The notes under the pieces were generated by a model that saw nothing but the letters and a program-made list of their open reading frames with translations, made no database searches and was not told where the DNA came from. A DNA stretch of 64,000 nucleotides from a virus. Location: IMG/VR virus record IMGVR_UViG_3300009110_000335. One strand, written 5' to 3'. Shown here one piece after another: positions 48,989 through 58,406 of this stretch. Position 1 is the stretch's first letter, and every line of letters starts with the position of its first letter. A program made the translations under genes and the position numbers.

Positions 48989-49143
48989 TGATGGCAATAA
49001 ATTATGATAGACAAGAAGAGTTTCTCGAAGAACTGATTGATAGTCTACATTCTATGAAAGCAAGTGCAAGAAGCGAAGAACTATTTGAAGACATAGATGA
49101 TATTATCAGCGAAGTCAAAGAGAAAATGAACGAACTGAAATAA
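48988..49143 (+). CDS. 51-aa acidic helical microprotein between TasA and array
   Basis: MMAINYDRQEEFLEELIDSLHSMKASARSEELFEDIDDIISEVKEKMNELK; TAATG overlap with the tasA-like gene. Confidence 0.7.
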   Translation: MMAINYDRQEEFLEELIDSLHSMKASARSEELFEDIDDIISEVKEKMNELK

Positions 49144-49155
49144 CCGAAGGTCGCG

Positions 49156-49400
49156 TGAAACCCAAAATGGGTGTGTGAATCAGCAATCATATGAACCCCA
49201 TAAAGCACTTATGAATCAAAGTATAGCTGAACCCCATGGTATGAATATGAATCAAAGTAGTTTTAGAATCCCAGAGAATCCATATGAATCATCGGCATAG
49301 TTAAACCCAGAAAGAAATTATGAATCCGAACCATGTTGAATCCCAAGATATGAGTATGAATCAAAACGGTCCTGAAAACCAAGAGGTATAGTATGAGTCA
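49156..49400 (+). ncRNA. TIGR dual-spacer guide-RNA array A (7 units, 36-nt period)
   Basis: Edge repeats TGAA(A/C/T)CCCA-like at 49156, 49192, 49228, 49264, 49301, 49337 and 49373. Loop repeats TATGAATCA-like at 49174, 49210, 49246, 49283, 49319, 49355 and 49392. Unique 9-nt spacers lie between them. Confidence 0.9.
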
Positions 49401-49497
49401 AATAATAAAATTGAAATGTAGCAGATGTGCAACATACGCAATGTGTGAAAACAATTGTGAATGTTCATGTCATAAAATAGAATGGAGTAAAAAATAA
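49393..49497 (+). CDS. 34-aa Cys-rich microprotein
   Basis: MSQIIKLKCSRCATYAMCENNCECSCHKIEWSKK. It starts inside the last loop repeat, and its stop overlaps the next ATG. Confidence 0.55.
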   Translation: MSQIIKLKCSRCATYAMCENNCECSCHKIEWSKK

Positions 49498-49823
49498 TGG
49501 CATTAGAAATACAAGTCAGGGTAGAAGAACATGGAACCAACCGTCATAAGGATATCATAATACCTGTCTCTAACAAAGAGTTTGAAATGGTGTCTAGACT
49601 TGGAGATATAGAAAATGGCAAACCTGCCTATGAACTAGTAATATCTCTAATAGGTGATTTACAGAAAGAAGTTGAGGTAGAACAGCAACTTGACATTAAC
49701 CACCCTGAAAAATACTTTTTCAAAATAAATCTTGTGAGATGTGATAGATGTGAAGAACGATGTAATTGCGATAATAATGACACATGGAATGAACGCCCTT
49801 CAAAAGGTAACGGGGAATGGTAA
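49497..49823 (+). CDS. Hypothetical protein with C-terminal Cys cluster
   Basis: CDRCEERCNC motif. Confidence 0.65.
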   Translation: MALEIQVRVEEHGTNRHKDIIIPVSNKEFEMVSRLGDIENGKPAYELVISLIGDLQKEVEVEQQLDINHPEKYFFKINLVRCDRCEERCNCDNNDTWNERPSKGNGEW

Positions 49824-49908
49824 ATTATAATGAATGATGTAGACAAAGACTTTGAATTTGTTAGCCAAAAGTCAAAGGCAAAAAGCATATGGTGCGCGGA
49901 TATAGTAT

Positions 49909-50460
49909 ATGGTAAAAAAAGATAAGAAATCAATAGACGATGTCTTTGATTTACTGGATAAAAAACTCGGTGATTCGAATGACATTAATGATATCCAAAG
50001 ACTAACTGCCGCAGCCATGACTATTGGTGTACTCGCTGGTGTAGAATCTGTCTTGGGCAATGTCAATGTTGACAGAAAAAATTCAGAAAAAGACGTACTT
50101 GATATGTTAAAAAATCCAAGTAAAAGGCAGAGTACTGCACTAAAAATATTTCATGGTGATCCACTTAACATACTTGCATGTATAAGCCATAAAGGATTAC
50201 GAAAATACTTTGATATGATTAGAGCAGAAAGATTGACATCTATATGTCGTAATAATGAAGAAATAAAACCACAGGTTGAAAAAATGTTAAAATTTGCATT
50301 AACAAAATTAGACGTACCATCTACATGTATCGCTGAACAAGATATAGATTTTTCAGATAAAGAACACCCAAGAACAAAAGGCTCAAAAAAAGATTTTGGA
50401 GATTTACTAAAGAAACATTGGGACAACATGAGCGACACCAATGACGAGAAACCAGAGTAA
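49909..50460 (+). CDS. Hypothetical protein
   Basis: 183-aa ORF. Confidence 0.65.
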   Translation: MVKKDKKSIDDVFDLLDKKLGDSNDINDIQRLTAAAMTIGVLAGVESVLGNVNVDRKNSEKDVLDMLKNPSKRQSTALKIFHGDPLNILACISHKGLRKYFDMIRAERLTSICRNNEEIKPQVEKMLKFALTKLDVPSTCIAEQDIDFSDKEHPRTKGSKKDFGDLLKKHWDNMSDTNDEKPE

Positions 50461-50483
50461 TTCTATATTTTTTCCTTATAGTT

Positions 50484-50846
50484 ATGTCTTTATACTTTTA
50501 TAGAAAATGTATTGGTTGTGGAAAAGAGGATCAATTTGACTCAAATAGTTATGATCCAAAACAGATAGTAGAATTATGTGATGAGTGCTATCCTAAATGT
50601 GAGCATAGAGGTGCATTGAAACATTTCTTTACATGTAGAAACCAACAAGCACTTAATATCAATTATGTTGCATCAAGCCACAAAGTTCAAAATAAACCAA
50701 GAAGTAATGTATTTACAAAACACGTGGGAAAAAACGGAACTATTAGACTTATTGTTAAGTTATATTGTGATTCATGTAAAAGATGGGTTGAAGTTCCATT
50801 CTATGCATTATCCACATTTCCAAATGTAAGGGTGACAAAATATTAA
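50484..50846 (+). CDS. Multi-Zn-finger protein
   Basis: CIGC, CDEC and CDSC motifs; a class-2 motif lies directly upstream. Confidence 0.65.
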   Translation: MSLYFYRKCIGCGKEDQFDSNSYDPKQIVELCDECYPKCEHRGALKHFFTCRNQQALNINYVASSHKVQNKPRSNVFTKHVGKNGTIRLIVKLYCDSCKRWVEVPFYALSTFPNVRVTKY

Positions 50847-50861
50847 CAGTGATCATATAAA

Positions 50862-51899
50862 ATGGTGAAAGCAAAATTGAAAGACACAAAAAAAATCGAT
50901 GATGATGAGGTAGAACTCACACCTGAAGACCAACAGGTAGAGACTGCCAAAGCATCTGCTAGTACAAAAGCAGAGGAACAACAAATGCTTGATGCAATAG
51001 CATCAGGAAATTCAATAGAAGTGCTACCGGTGAATCTAGAGAGTTTTAGAATAAAACACTCTATAAGATATGTACCGTTTCACAATGAGTTCGATGTCCT
51101 GAAATCATACTACAACGCAGAACGTGGTAGAGATCACCCATTGCTATTTGTTGGACCTGCAGGAGTAGGAAAGACTGCATCAATACCAGCCTATAACAAG
51201 GAACACGGTATTGGTCTAATGCAGTTTGATTGTTCTGAAGGAACAAAAAGACAAGACCTAATGGGTAGATATATCATTTTTGATGGTGAAGTAAAATTCA
51301 GCCTAGGTGTACTACCAATGTCAATGGTATGTGCAAACGTACAAAAGGAGTTTACACTAGTACTGGAGGAATTAAATGCATTACTTCCTGCAATACAAAA
51401 AAGTGTTAACCAATTCCTTGATTGGCGTAAGCATTGTTTTGTTCCAGAAATAGACCGTATTTACAGAGTCAACCCTGATTGTAAATTACATGTCTGTGCA
51501 ACCATGAACCCAAGCACATATGCTGGAACTCATGAGTTAACACCTGACTTGGAAGATAGATTCACAGTGATTGATGTACCATATCCAACCGAGGAAATGG
51601 AACAAGATATCATTGAACATGAGGGAATCGATGAACAACTATTCAACGGACTGTTGAGTGTTGCAACCGAGACAAGAGCGGGCTATGCAAACAATGACTT
51701 AGAGGTTGCCTTATCCCCAAGAACCTTACAAAAATTCTGTGATGTGTATAGAACATATTCAGCAAATGAGGAACTAGAAGGAAAAGCATTAAAACTTGCC
51801 GCAGAGCATTGTTTACTGTCAAAGTACAAAGTACCAAGTCAGAAAGATAGTATTAGAAAAAGAGTGTATAGAACTCTTGGAATACAGGAGTCTGACTAA
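50862..51899 (+). CDS. MoxR-family (CbbQ/NirQ/NorQ-like) AAA+ ATPase
   Basis: Walker A GPAGVGKT, Walker B LVLEELN, sensor ATMNP and DRF Arg-finger; C-terminal lid LSPRTL. Confidence 0.9.
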   Translation: MVKAKLKDTKKIDDDEVELTPEDQQVETAKASASTKAEEQQMLDAIASGNSIEVLPVNLESFRIKHSIRYVPFHNEFDVLKSYYNAERGRDHPLLFVGPAGVGKTASIPAYNKEHGIGLMQFDCSEGTKRQDLMGRYIIFDGEVKFSLGVLPMSMVCANVQKEFTLVLEELNALLPAIQKSVNQFLDWRKHCFVPEIDRIYRVNPDCKLHVCATMNPSTYAGTHELTPDLEDRFTVIDVPYPTEEMEQDIIEHEGIDEQLFNGLLSVATETRAGYANNDLEVALSPRTLQKFCDVYRTYSANEELEGKALKLAAEHCLLSKYKVPSQKDSIRKRVYRTLGIQESD

Positions 51900-53968
51900 T
51901 GAGCGGATCGAAATTCAAATCTTTTTTTGGATTTGGATACTTTGATAATGTCGCAAAGACGCATGACGCACCTATTATCAATCCGATGACAGGTGAAGCG
52001 TATGACTTTTCTAAGATTGATGATACAACAATAGCTGATATGGAGAATATGAAAAAACTCACAAAGACATATTCTAGAATAACCAATAAAGATATTATTC
52101 CAAACTTTACAAATATGCCATTACCAAAAGAATTGGACGCCCAAGCATCAAAATCATATGCCAAAGAACATGATGCATTGACAATGGTTGGTGACAATAA
52201 ATACTGGGTACGACTTAATATGGCAAATGACGAGTATCTAACAAATGATGCTAAACTTGAACATAACATATCACATGTTCTATATAATTCGCCATTCCCA
52301 TTAGCATACAAACAGATTAAAAAATGGACTGGTGGTGCACAAGGAACTGAAAAGGGCGTTCTTACTGCAGCAGCAAAAACAATATTTGGTATTCTGGAAG
52401 ACCACAGAGTAAATCATGCGTGGTCACAGAACAGTGTTGGATTAGAGATGGATATCAATAATTGTAAATCTAGACTTCGTGGAGATATGGATAATAAGAA
52501 AGTACAGGATCCTATCACAGCATTATGGTATGCATATAATGGTAAGTTCAAAGAACTTGTAGGAACACCATTTGATGGTATGATTGACATGTTCAAGAAA
52601 GTTGAATTTACTGATGAGAGAGGATCACTTGCATTGGCAAAAGACTTCTATTTCTCAACCTTCAGACCTTGGTTCAAATATCAACAGGAACAGCAAAAGC
52701 AAGAGCCACAAGGCGGAAGTGGAGGACAAGGTAAAGGACAAGGTAAAGGACAAGGTAAAGGACAAGGTAAAGGACAAGGTAAAGGACAAGGACAAGGCGG
52801 TGCACCAAGAAAAGGAAGTAATATTACAGAAAGTATGAAAAGTGCATTAAAAACATTGGAAGATATCGATAATTCCCCATTCTCACAGACAGGAAACTGG
52901 CAAGGTGCAGACGGTCACGACACACCAGGTAGTGACAAAATTGAGAAATGGCTTAACAAGAATGTCCCAGCAGAAGATAAAAAATCAGGTGGTGAGTCCC
53001 CAGAAGATAATGACCCAAAACAAAGTGTAGACGAAGATGGAACACATGGTGGCGGTTCAGGTAAAAGTTGGACAAATCTAAGCGATGAAGAACTTAATGA
53101 ACTAAAGACATCTGGTAAGAAAAGAATATCGGAAGTAAGAAAGAAACTACGAAAGCATGGGCTTATACGTGATCCAACATTAAAAGAACAAGAAATAAAT
53201 CTTGACTCAGAAAGATTTGACATTATTGAAAGACCCTTAACAGACCAACCATTCAAGGTTGATTATGCATTAGCACATGCACTTGAAAACCAATGGAGAC
53301 GTATTAGAGGAATGACAAAACAAATGCTTGATGAAGACGGTGATGAATTAGACGTTGATGTGTATATTCAAAACATACCTGCAGTAGTCAAAGATAATGA
53401 TATGTGGTATGAGGAAAGTCCTGACACAGGATTTCATGTATTAATATCAGCAGATACCAGTGGATCAATGAGTGGTTATCCATTGAAATGTTTACGCGAT
53501 ACTGCTGCAACTTTCAAGGCAAGTTTAAACAAACTACCAAATGTAAAAGTGTCAATGTTATCATGGGGTGGAGGACGTAAAACCGGAATAACCATACATA
53601 AAACAATGGACGATATCAATCATTTCGAATGTGCAAGTGGATACAATGGAACACCTGAAAAGGAAGCATTGTGGTATAGTAAGACATGGCTTGCACAAAA
53701 ACGAGAAGCTGGTAAATTATTATTATTCTGTTCAGATATGGGATTTAGTAAAGAGGCTGCCCAAGATGAAATAAAGAAATCAAGAGAACTTGGGATTAAT
53801 GTATTTGGTGTTATGTTCACAAATGATAATGTAAATATACGAAAAGATTGTGACGAATTATTTGGTGTTGATCAATATGCAATTCTAGATGACACTGATA
53901 AAGCAAATACCCATCTAGTTAATTCAATCTCAAAATATGTAACAAGGCATATGTTAGTTAAACATTAA
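51899..53968 (+). CDS. VWA-domain partner protein of MoxR ATPase (CobT/NorD-like)
   Basis: MIDAS motif ISADTSGSM, GTP and LLLFCSD; N-terminal HNISHVLY...ILEDHRVN; Gly/Gln/Lys linker. Confidence 0.85.
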   Translation: MSGSKFKSFFGFGYFDNVAKTHDAPIINPMTGEAYDFSKIDDTTIADMENMKKLTKTYSRITNKDIIPNFTNMPLPKELDAQASKSYAKEHDALTMVGDNKYWVRLNMANDEYLTNDAKLEHNISHVLYNSPFPLAYKQIKKWTGGAQGTEKGVLTAAAKTIFGILEDHRVNHAWSQNSVGLEMDINNCKSRLRGDMDNKKVQDPITALWYAYNGKFKELVGTPFDGMIDMFKKVEFTDERGSLALAKDFYFSTFRPWFKYQQEQQKQEPQGGSGGQGKGQGKGQGKGQGKGQGKGQGQGGAPRKGSNITESMKSALKTLEDIDNSPFSQTGNWQGADGHDTPGSDKIEKWLNKNVPAEDKKSGGESPEDNDPKQSVDEDGTHGGGSGKSWTNLSDEELNELKTSGKKRISEVRKKLRKHGLIRDPTLKEQEINLDSERFDIIERPLTDQPFKVDYALAHALENQWRRIRGMTKQMLDEDGDELDVDVYIQNIPAVVKDNDMWYEESPDTGFHVLISADTSGSMSGYPLKCLRDTAATFKASLNKLPNVKVSMLSWGGGRKTGITIHKTMDDINHFECASGYNGTPEKEALWYSKTWLAQKREAGKLLLFCSDMGFSKEAAQDEIKKSRELGINVFGVMFTNDNVNIRKDCDELFGVDQYAILDDTDKANTHLVNSISKYVTRHMLVKH
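52724..52795 (+). repeat. 12-bp tandem repeat (GGACAAGGTAAA)x5 plus one variant, encoding (GQGK)n linker
   Basis: Perfect units at 52724, 52736, 52748, 52760 and 52772. Confidence 0.95.
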
Positions 53969-54009
53969 TTTTATCCTTTATTTTTTCCATTACAGTAATC
54001 ATTAATTTG

Positions 54010-54200
54010 GTTGCATGGAGTGGCGGGGAGTAGAACCTGCACAGACCAAGGATTAGGAGCATTCAAACCCTTAGGGGTAAACATGAATGTGTGAACTCAC
54101 CTATGATTCTACGGAGTCCGAATGGTGCTTCACAAAGGCAATGGCGATGCCCTGCACTTAGAAGGTAAACAGCGCTATCCCCGAAACGTGAGTTGAAGCT
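54010..54200 (+). ncRNA. Candidate structured ncRNA (possible pseudoknot)
   Basis: GC-rich intergenic stretch after a class-2 motif, with pairings CGGGGA/TCCCCG, GTAGAA/TTCTAC and AACTCAC/GTGAGTT. Confidence 0.35.
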
Positions 54201-54283
54201 TTATCTACATATCCCTGCCATTCACTCTTTCACGCCTAAGCTTAACTGCATAATTAAATATTAGAAAAATAGGATTTAGATAA

Positions 54284-54451
54284 ATGACAGAAGATATACT
54301 AATAACACCAATTGTGGTCATGGTTGCCATATCTATTTTGGCAATTGGATTCGTAATGGGGTTGAGAAACAAAAAGGGAAATCTAAAATTCCGTCTCACA
54401 AATAGAGAAAAGAATAAGATTGATCCCCACAACGAAGACCCAAGTGAGTGA
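54284..54451 (+). CDS. 55-aa single-TM protein
   Basis: ILITPIVVMVAISILAIGFVMGL followed by a basic stop-transfer stretch. Confidence 0.6.
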   Translation: MTEDILITPIVVMVAISILAIGFVMGLRNKKGNLKFRLTNREKNKIDPHNEDPSE

Positions 54452-54684
54452 TAGCATTGAAATTCCTAGAAGGTAAATTTGTCCTAGATAAACTTGATCT
54501 TATGACGGCAATTTTCAACGAAAAATTTGAAACTATTGACGTAGACGGTAAAAAGAAACATCAAATTAAAGAAGGTTTAACAAAAGAGGAGTCACAAATA
54601 ATATGGTTAGAATTATGGAAATTGAAAAACGATATAATAACAACAATATCTGCAGAATATCCAGAGATAGGTGCTGAGAAATGA
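54448..54684 (+). CDS. Hypothetical protein
   Basis: 78-aa ORF with overlapping junctions. Confidence 0.55.
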   Translation: MIALKFLEGKFVLDKLDLMTAIFNEKFETIDVDGKKKHQIKEGLTKEESQIIWLELWKLKNDIITTISAEYPEIGAEK

Positions 54685-55016
54685 CAGACAAAAAACCAAA
54701 GAAAGAAAAAAAGATAGATCCAAAAGATCAAAAAATATCTGAACTTAGTAGTACTGTTGTAGCACTACGCGCAGAATCAGATGAATGGCATGGTATTGCA
54801 GATCTTAACACTGACAAACTAAATTTGTTACATGATGCATTGTTCACACATACACAAGCATTACTTATACAAAAAATAATAGTTAGTTCAGAACTTCTAA
54901 TAGAACCTATAAAATTAGAATTGCTTAGCAAGATATTAGGTCTTACCCCAACATATAATGAAAACGATAATGAAGGAGTTGAATATGTTGATGAAAATAA
55001 CACTGATTATAATTAA
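54681..55016 (+). CDS. Hypothetical coiled-coil protein
   Basis: 111-aa ORF. Confidence 0.6.
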   Translation: MTDKKPKKEKKIDPKDQKISELSSTVVALRAESDEWHGIADLNTDKLNLLHDALFTHTQALLIQKIIVSSELLIEPIKLELLSKILGLTPTYNENDNEGVEYVDENNTDYN

Positions 55017-55822
55017 TGTATATTGAACCGAACGCATGTGATTCATTTATAATTTGGGATAACATTCTTGACAGACGTCAAAAAAGAACATTACTAAACC
55101 AAACAAATCTATCACGTTTAAACAAAAGCCAAATACTAGGTCTCAATACATATGAGATGAATGATGATTCTAAGAAAGTAATTCTAGAAGCATTCGCATT
55201 ATATAAAAAGACAGACTATTTTCAAAACAAAGTATATCCAAGGTATGTAAGAAATGTTAGTACAACAGTAAACAGACTGTCATTATTTGATGTATGTGGA
55301 TTGATTATACCAAGATGGTTAGATGCAGAATTAACTAGATTTCAAGACAACTTACGCGAGATTGATTCAAACAAATTGAAGAATGACTTCATGGAGAAAG
55401 AAACATTACACTTCAATCCAAATTGTTATGAGGGAAGACTTGCATATCATATTGTTATGAATGATAATTTCAATGATGCGTATAATGGTCATATGCAGAT
55501 TTATAATTACACAAACGCGTGGACAAAAATTAGCACATTCTACAATGTGACTGATAATGAGTTTGTCTCACAAGACAAAGAAACCGAAGGTAAGCTTACA
55601 AACCGATTGTTCTTTTATGACGAAACTAGTGAAAAGATTGCACCTAAAAACATTAAATGTACGTTTGACCATCTTGCAACTTGGTTACAATATATGATAT
55701 TAAATGAACCAATGCCATTTGTGAACGCCACCAATGACTGTAAACACATTAGTGATAGATGGAGAAATGACAATCGTGATCTAAAAATAGAAGGTCATTA
55801 TTCAAATAAATTTACGAGGTAG
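55016..55822 (+). CDS. Hypothetical protein
   Basis: 268-aa ORF with a TAATG overlap. Confidence 0.65.
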   Translation: MYIEPNACDSFIIWDNILDRRQKRTLLNQTNLSRLNKSQILGLNTYEMNDDSKKVILEAFALYKKTDYFQNKVYPRYVRNVSTTVNRLSLFDVCGLIIPRWLDAELTRFQDNLREIDSNKLKNDFMEKETLHFNPNCYEGRLAYHIVMNDNFNDAYNGHMQIYNYTNAWTKISTFYNVTDNEFVSQDKETEGKLTNRLFFYDETSEKIAPKNIKCTFDHLATWLQYMILNEPMPFVNATNDCKHISDRWRNDNRDLKIEGHYSNKFTR

Positions 55823-55839
55823 TCCTTTATTTTTTCCAT

Positions 55840-56286
55840 GTGTTGTTATTCTTTAAATCAGCTATTATACTGCTGATATTACTATTACCATTTGTGTTCA
55901 TACATGAATTAGGACATGCTGCATATTGCTCATATGAAGGATATGAGTATACAATAGGAATCAATGCGATGGGTGGTTACACCGCATGTTATGGTGATAT
56001 AGAAGATGAGTTTAGATATGAATTAATAGGTGGTGCGACATCAGCAATCGTTGCTGGTATAATTAGTCTGTTCGTATGGAGATGGAAACCATTATGGATT
56101 GCAGTGGCAACAATTGCAATACTACAATTCATCAATATGATAGTTGAATCAATGTTCACTGAACAGTATATGAGTAATGACTCATTCATACCATCAATGT
56201 TTGGTTTGATGATGTTCTTAGTGTTAATCACAATGACAACAATAGTAAAAAGGAGAGAAAGATATGCGTACAATGAAAGTTACTGA
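55840..56286 (+). CDS. Membrane zinc metallopeptidase (M50-like HExxH)
   Basis: FVFIHELGHAAYC lies in the first TM segment, with further TM helices downstream. Confidence 0.65.
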   Translation: MLLFFKSAIILLILLLPFVFIHELGHAAYCSYEGYEYTIGINAMGGYTACYGDIEDEFRYELIGGATSAIVAGIISLFVWRWKPLWIAVATIAILQFINMIVESMFTEQYMSNDSFIPSMFGLMMFLVLITMTTIVKRRERYAYNESY

Positions 56287-56376
56287 GAAAGAACGTGAGA
56301 GAATATTAATCTCAAGGATAAAGAATGGGAAATATAAAAGAAAGCCAAAAAGAAAAACAGAAACGGAGGAAAAGAA

Positions 56377-57819
56377 TTGGTGGGAAATGTAGATAATAAT
56401 TATATAATTGAAGTAGAGGGGTATGATGTAGCTATACCTGCTATACCTAAGGCAGAAAAACCATCTGCAAAATTAGTTAAGGCTTCCACTGACTATCATT
56501 CAGGTTCCTCATTAAAGAATTATTATTATGATACAGGATATCTCAGGCATTATCTTGAGAACACCACCAACAAGATAATCATGAAAGTCCACAGACATTT
56601 TGGTTGTAGTGGTCATGAAGATTACATAAAGGCACGAGAAAAGTCTAGGGAAAATAATGATGAAAAACGTACAATATACACTACAACGTTCCAAAAAATA
56701 TACATTGGTAAAAACCATGTTAGTGGAAAAATCGATACACGTTACCATAACTTAAGTGATTTACAGAAGGATGCGATTGAGGAATTTGAGGATGATGATC
56801 GTATGGGAAGACATGAAAGATACGCCAAAGACAACAAATGTCCTTACAAGGAATGTATTGTTTGTAAACGTAAACCGAAATTCTGGAGATCTATAGCAAC
56901 AACAATTCATGAAGATTACAATGGCGTTGCCAGTGCAATCCATAATGGTGGTTCTGAAGTATTATCCCCTGAAGAAAGAACTATTGCAACATACAAGGAT
57001 AAATTTAATCACACTAAATATATTAAATCAAAACTTCATAGTGAGCACCAGCATATGCCATCAACCCCAGTTCTAAAATGTGGGCATACTACAAGAACCC
57101 CCCATAGAGATTTCATGAACCTGAATAGTATTAATAGTAATTTAAGTCTAAATCTAAATCCTGACGAAGACACTTTTTGTGATTCACTAGCTGGATGGAA
57201 TCAAGGATTGGTTTACACTATATGTGTACGTGGGCATGAACTCAGCACCCCTAGTGATGATGTGGCATGTGATTATACACAATTGCGTAGGTTAAGGCAA
57301 AAACTTCACAAACAGAAGTATTTGGACGATTATGAAGTTCAAGATAATTCCAAAGAAAAAACAAAATTACCGCCATATAGTATATCATTTGACGAAAAGA
57401 AACGCATTGCAGAAATTGCTTGTAAACGATTGTTAACAAGGGCACGAACATCAAACCTTAAACGTAACAGTTACAACGACATAGACAATCCTGAAAAGAT
57501 AGGTACTAAGTATGACCATTCACAAGTGAAGTTATCTGACATTGATAGGTCTGATGAATGTATTTTATTACAAAAACTGGCTGGTTCGATAATAACTTAT
57601 GACGATATAAAACCACATTTGAATGATATACTAATACATATTGTGACTATACTTGCAAGGCATGTGCCGACAAGTGATACAGATTTCAAACTTGAGAGCT
57701 GGAAATTGGGAACTAACACAACAGAATTTCCTGATCTATACGATCTAGATGAATACTATCTTGCAATTGAAGATAAGAGTAAAGACATGAAGGCTGTAAT
57801 GGAGATGTTAAACAGTTGA
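56377..57819 (+). CDS. Hypothetical protein with Cys/His clusters
   Basis: 480 aa with CPYKECIVC, CGH and CVRGH motifs; no family recognised. Confidence 0.65.
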   Translation: MVGNVDNNYIIEVEGYDVAIPAIPKAEKPSAKLVKASTDYHSGSSLKNYYYDTGYLRHYLENTTNKIIMKVHRHFGCSGHEDYIKAREKSRENNDEKRTIYTTTFQKIYIGKNHVSGKIDTRYHNLSDLQKDAIEEFEDDDRMGRHERYAKDNKCPYKECIVCKRKPKFWRSIATTIHEDYNGVASAIHNGGSEVLSPEERTIATYKDKFNHTKYIKSKLHSEHQHMPSTPVLKCGHTTRTPHRDFMNLNSINSNLSLNLNPDEDTFCDSLAGWNQGLVYTICVRGHELSTPSDDVACDYTQLRRLRQKLHKQKYLDDYEVQDNSKEKTKLPPYSISFDEKKRIAEIACKRLLTRARTSNLKRNSYNDIDNPEKIGTKYDHSQVKLSDIDRSDECILLQKLAGSIITYDDIKPHLNDILIHIVTILARHVPTSDTDFKLESWKLGTNTTEFPDLYDLDEYYLAIEDKSKDMKAVMEMLNS

Positions 57820-58406
57820 ACGCCCCACAGAGAACATCGATAATTAACTGGATGTGGGATATACCACAGAGTAGAAACAAAGCATATCTATTTTCAGCAA
57901 TAATATTTCTTAGTGTATTTACCATAGGCTCTGAAATTAATATGACAGAGCAAGAAGCACAAATGCTTGTGGGTGAATTTGAATCACAGTTTATAGGAAT
58001 AGGATGGGAAGATATTTTTCTACATAATCTTGGATTATCACTTGGTATGTTTGTACCATTTATAGGATTTATCTGGGCACCTACGACAGCACTTATGACA
58101 GGAATTGCATTTTCTGCATACACAATAATTAGTCCTGACGTAATAAACTTCAGTCCATTGTGGTTGTTTGTAACTCCATTTGGAATGATGGAATTAGCTG
58201 CATATTCAATTGCGATGGGTAGTTCAATCCAGCTTACTGCAGCAATAGTCAATATGAGAAAAACGAAACAAGTACCCGTGATGAAAATATTTGTTAAAAC
58301 ATTATTGATTAGATTGTCAACAATTACAATTCTGTTAGGAATCGGTGGATTTATAGAGTATGAGATACTTGAAAATATGGAAGAAATAATGGGGGTGTTT
58401 CAATGA
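57816..58406 (+). CDS. Stage II sporulation protein M (SpoIIM/DUF95) family membrane protein
   Basis: IFLHNLGLSLGMFVPFIG, PFGMMELAAY and GGFIEY motifs. Confidence 0.8.
   Translation: MNAPQRTSIINWMWDIPQSRNKAYLFSAIIFLSVFTIGSEINMTEQEAQMLVGEFESQFIGIGWEDIFLHNLGLSLGMFVPFIGFIWAPTTALMTGIAFSAYTIISPDVINFSPLWLFVTPFGMMELAAYSIAMGSSIQLTAAIVNMRKTKQVPVMKIFVKTLLIRLSTITILLGIGGFIEYEILENMEEIMGVFQ

Noticed and set aside
49156-49400. CRISPR array interpretation of the 36-nt periodic repeats
   Set aside because: The conserved blocks are only 9 nt and alternate between two types with 9-nt spacers. There is no 23-47-nt direct repeat and no cas gene. The pattern fits TIGR grammar instead.
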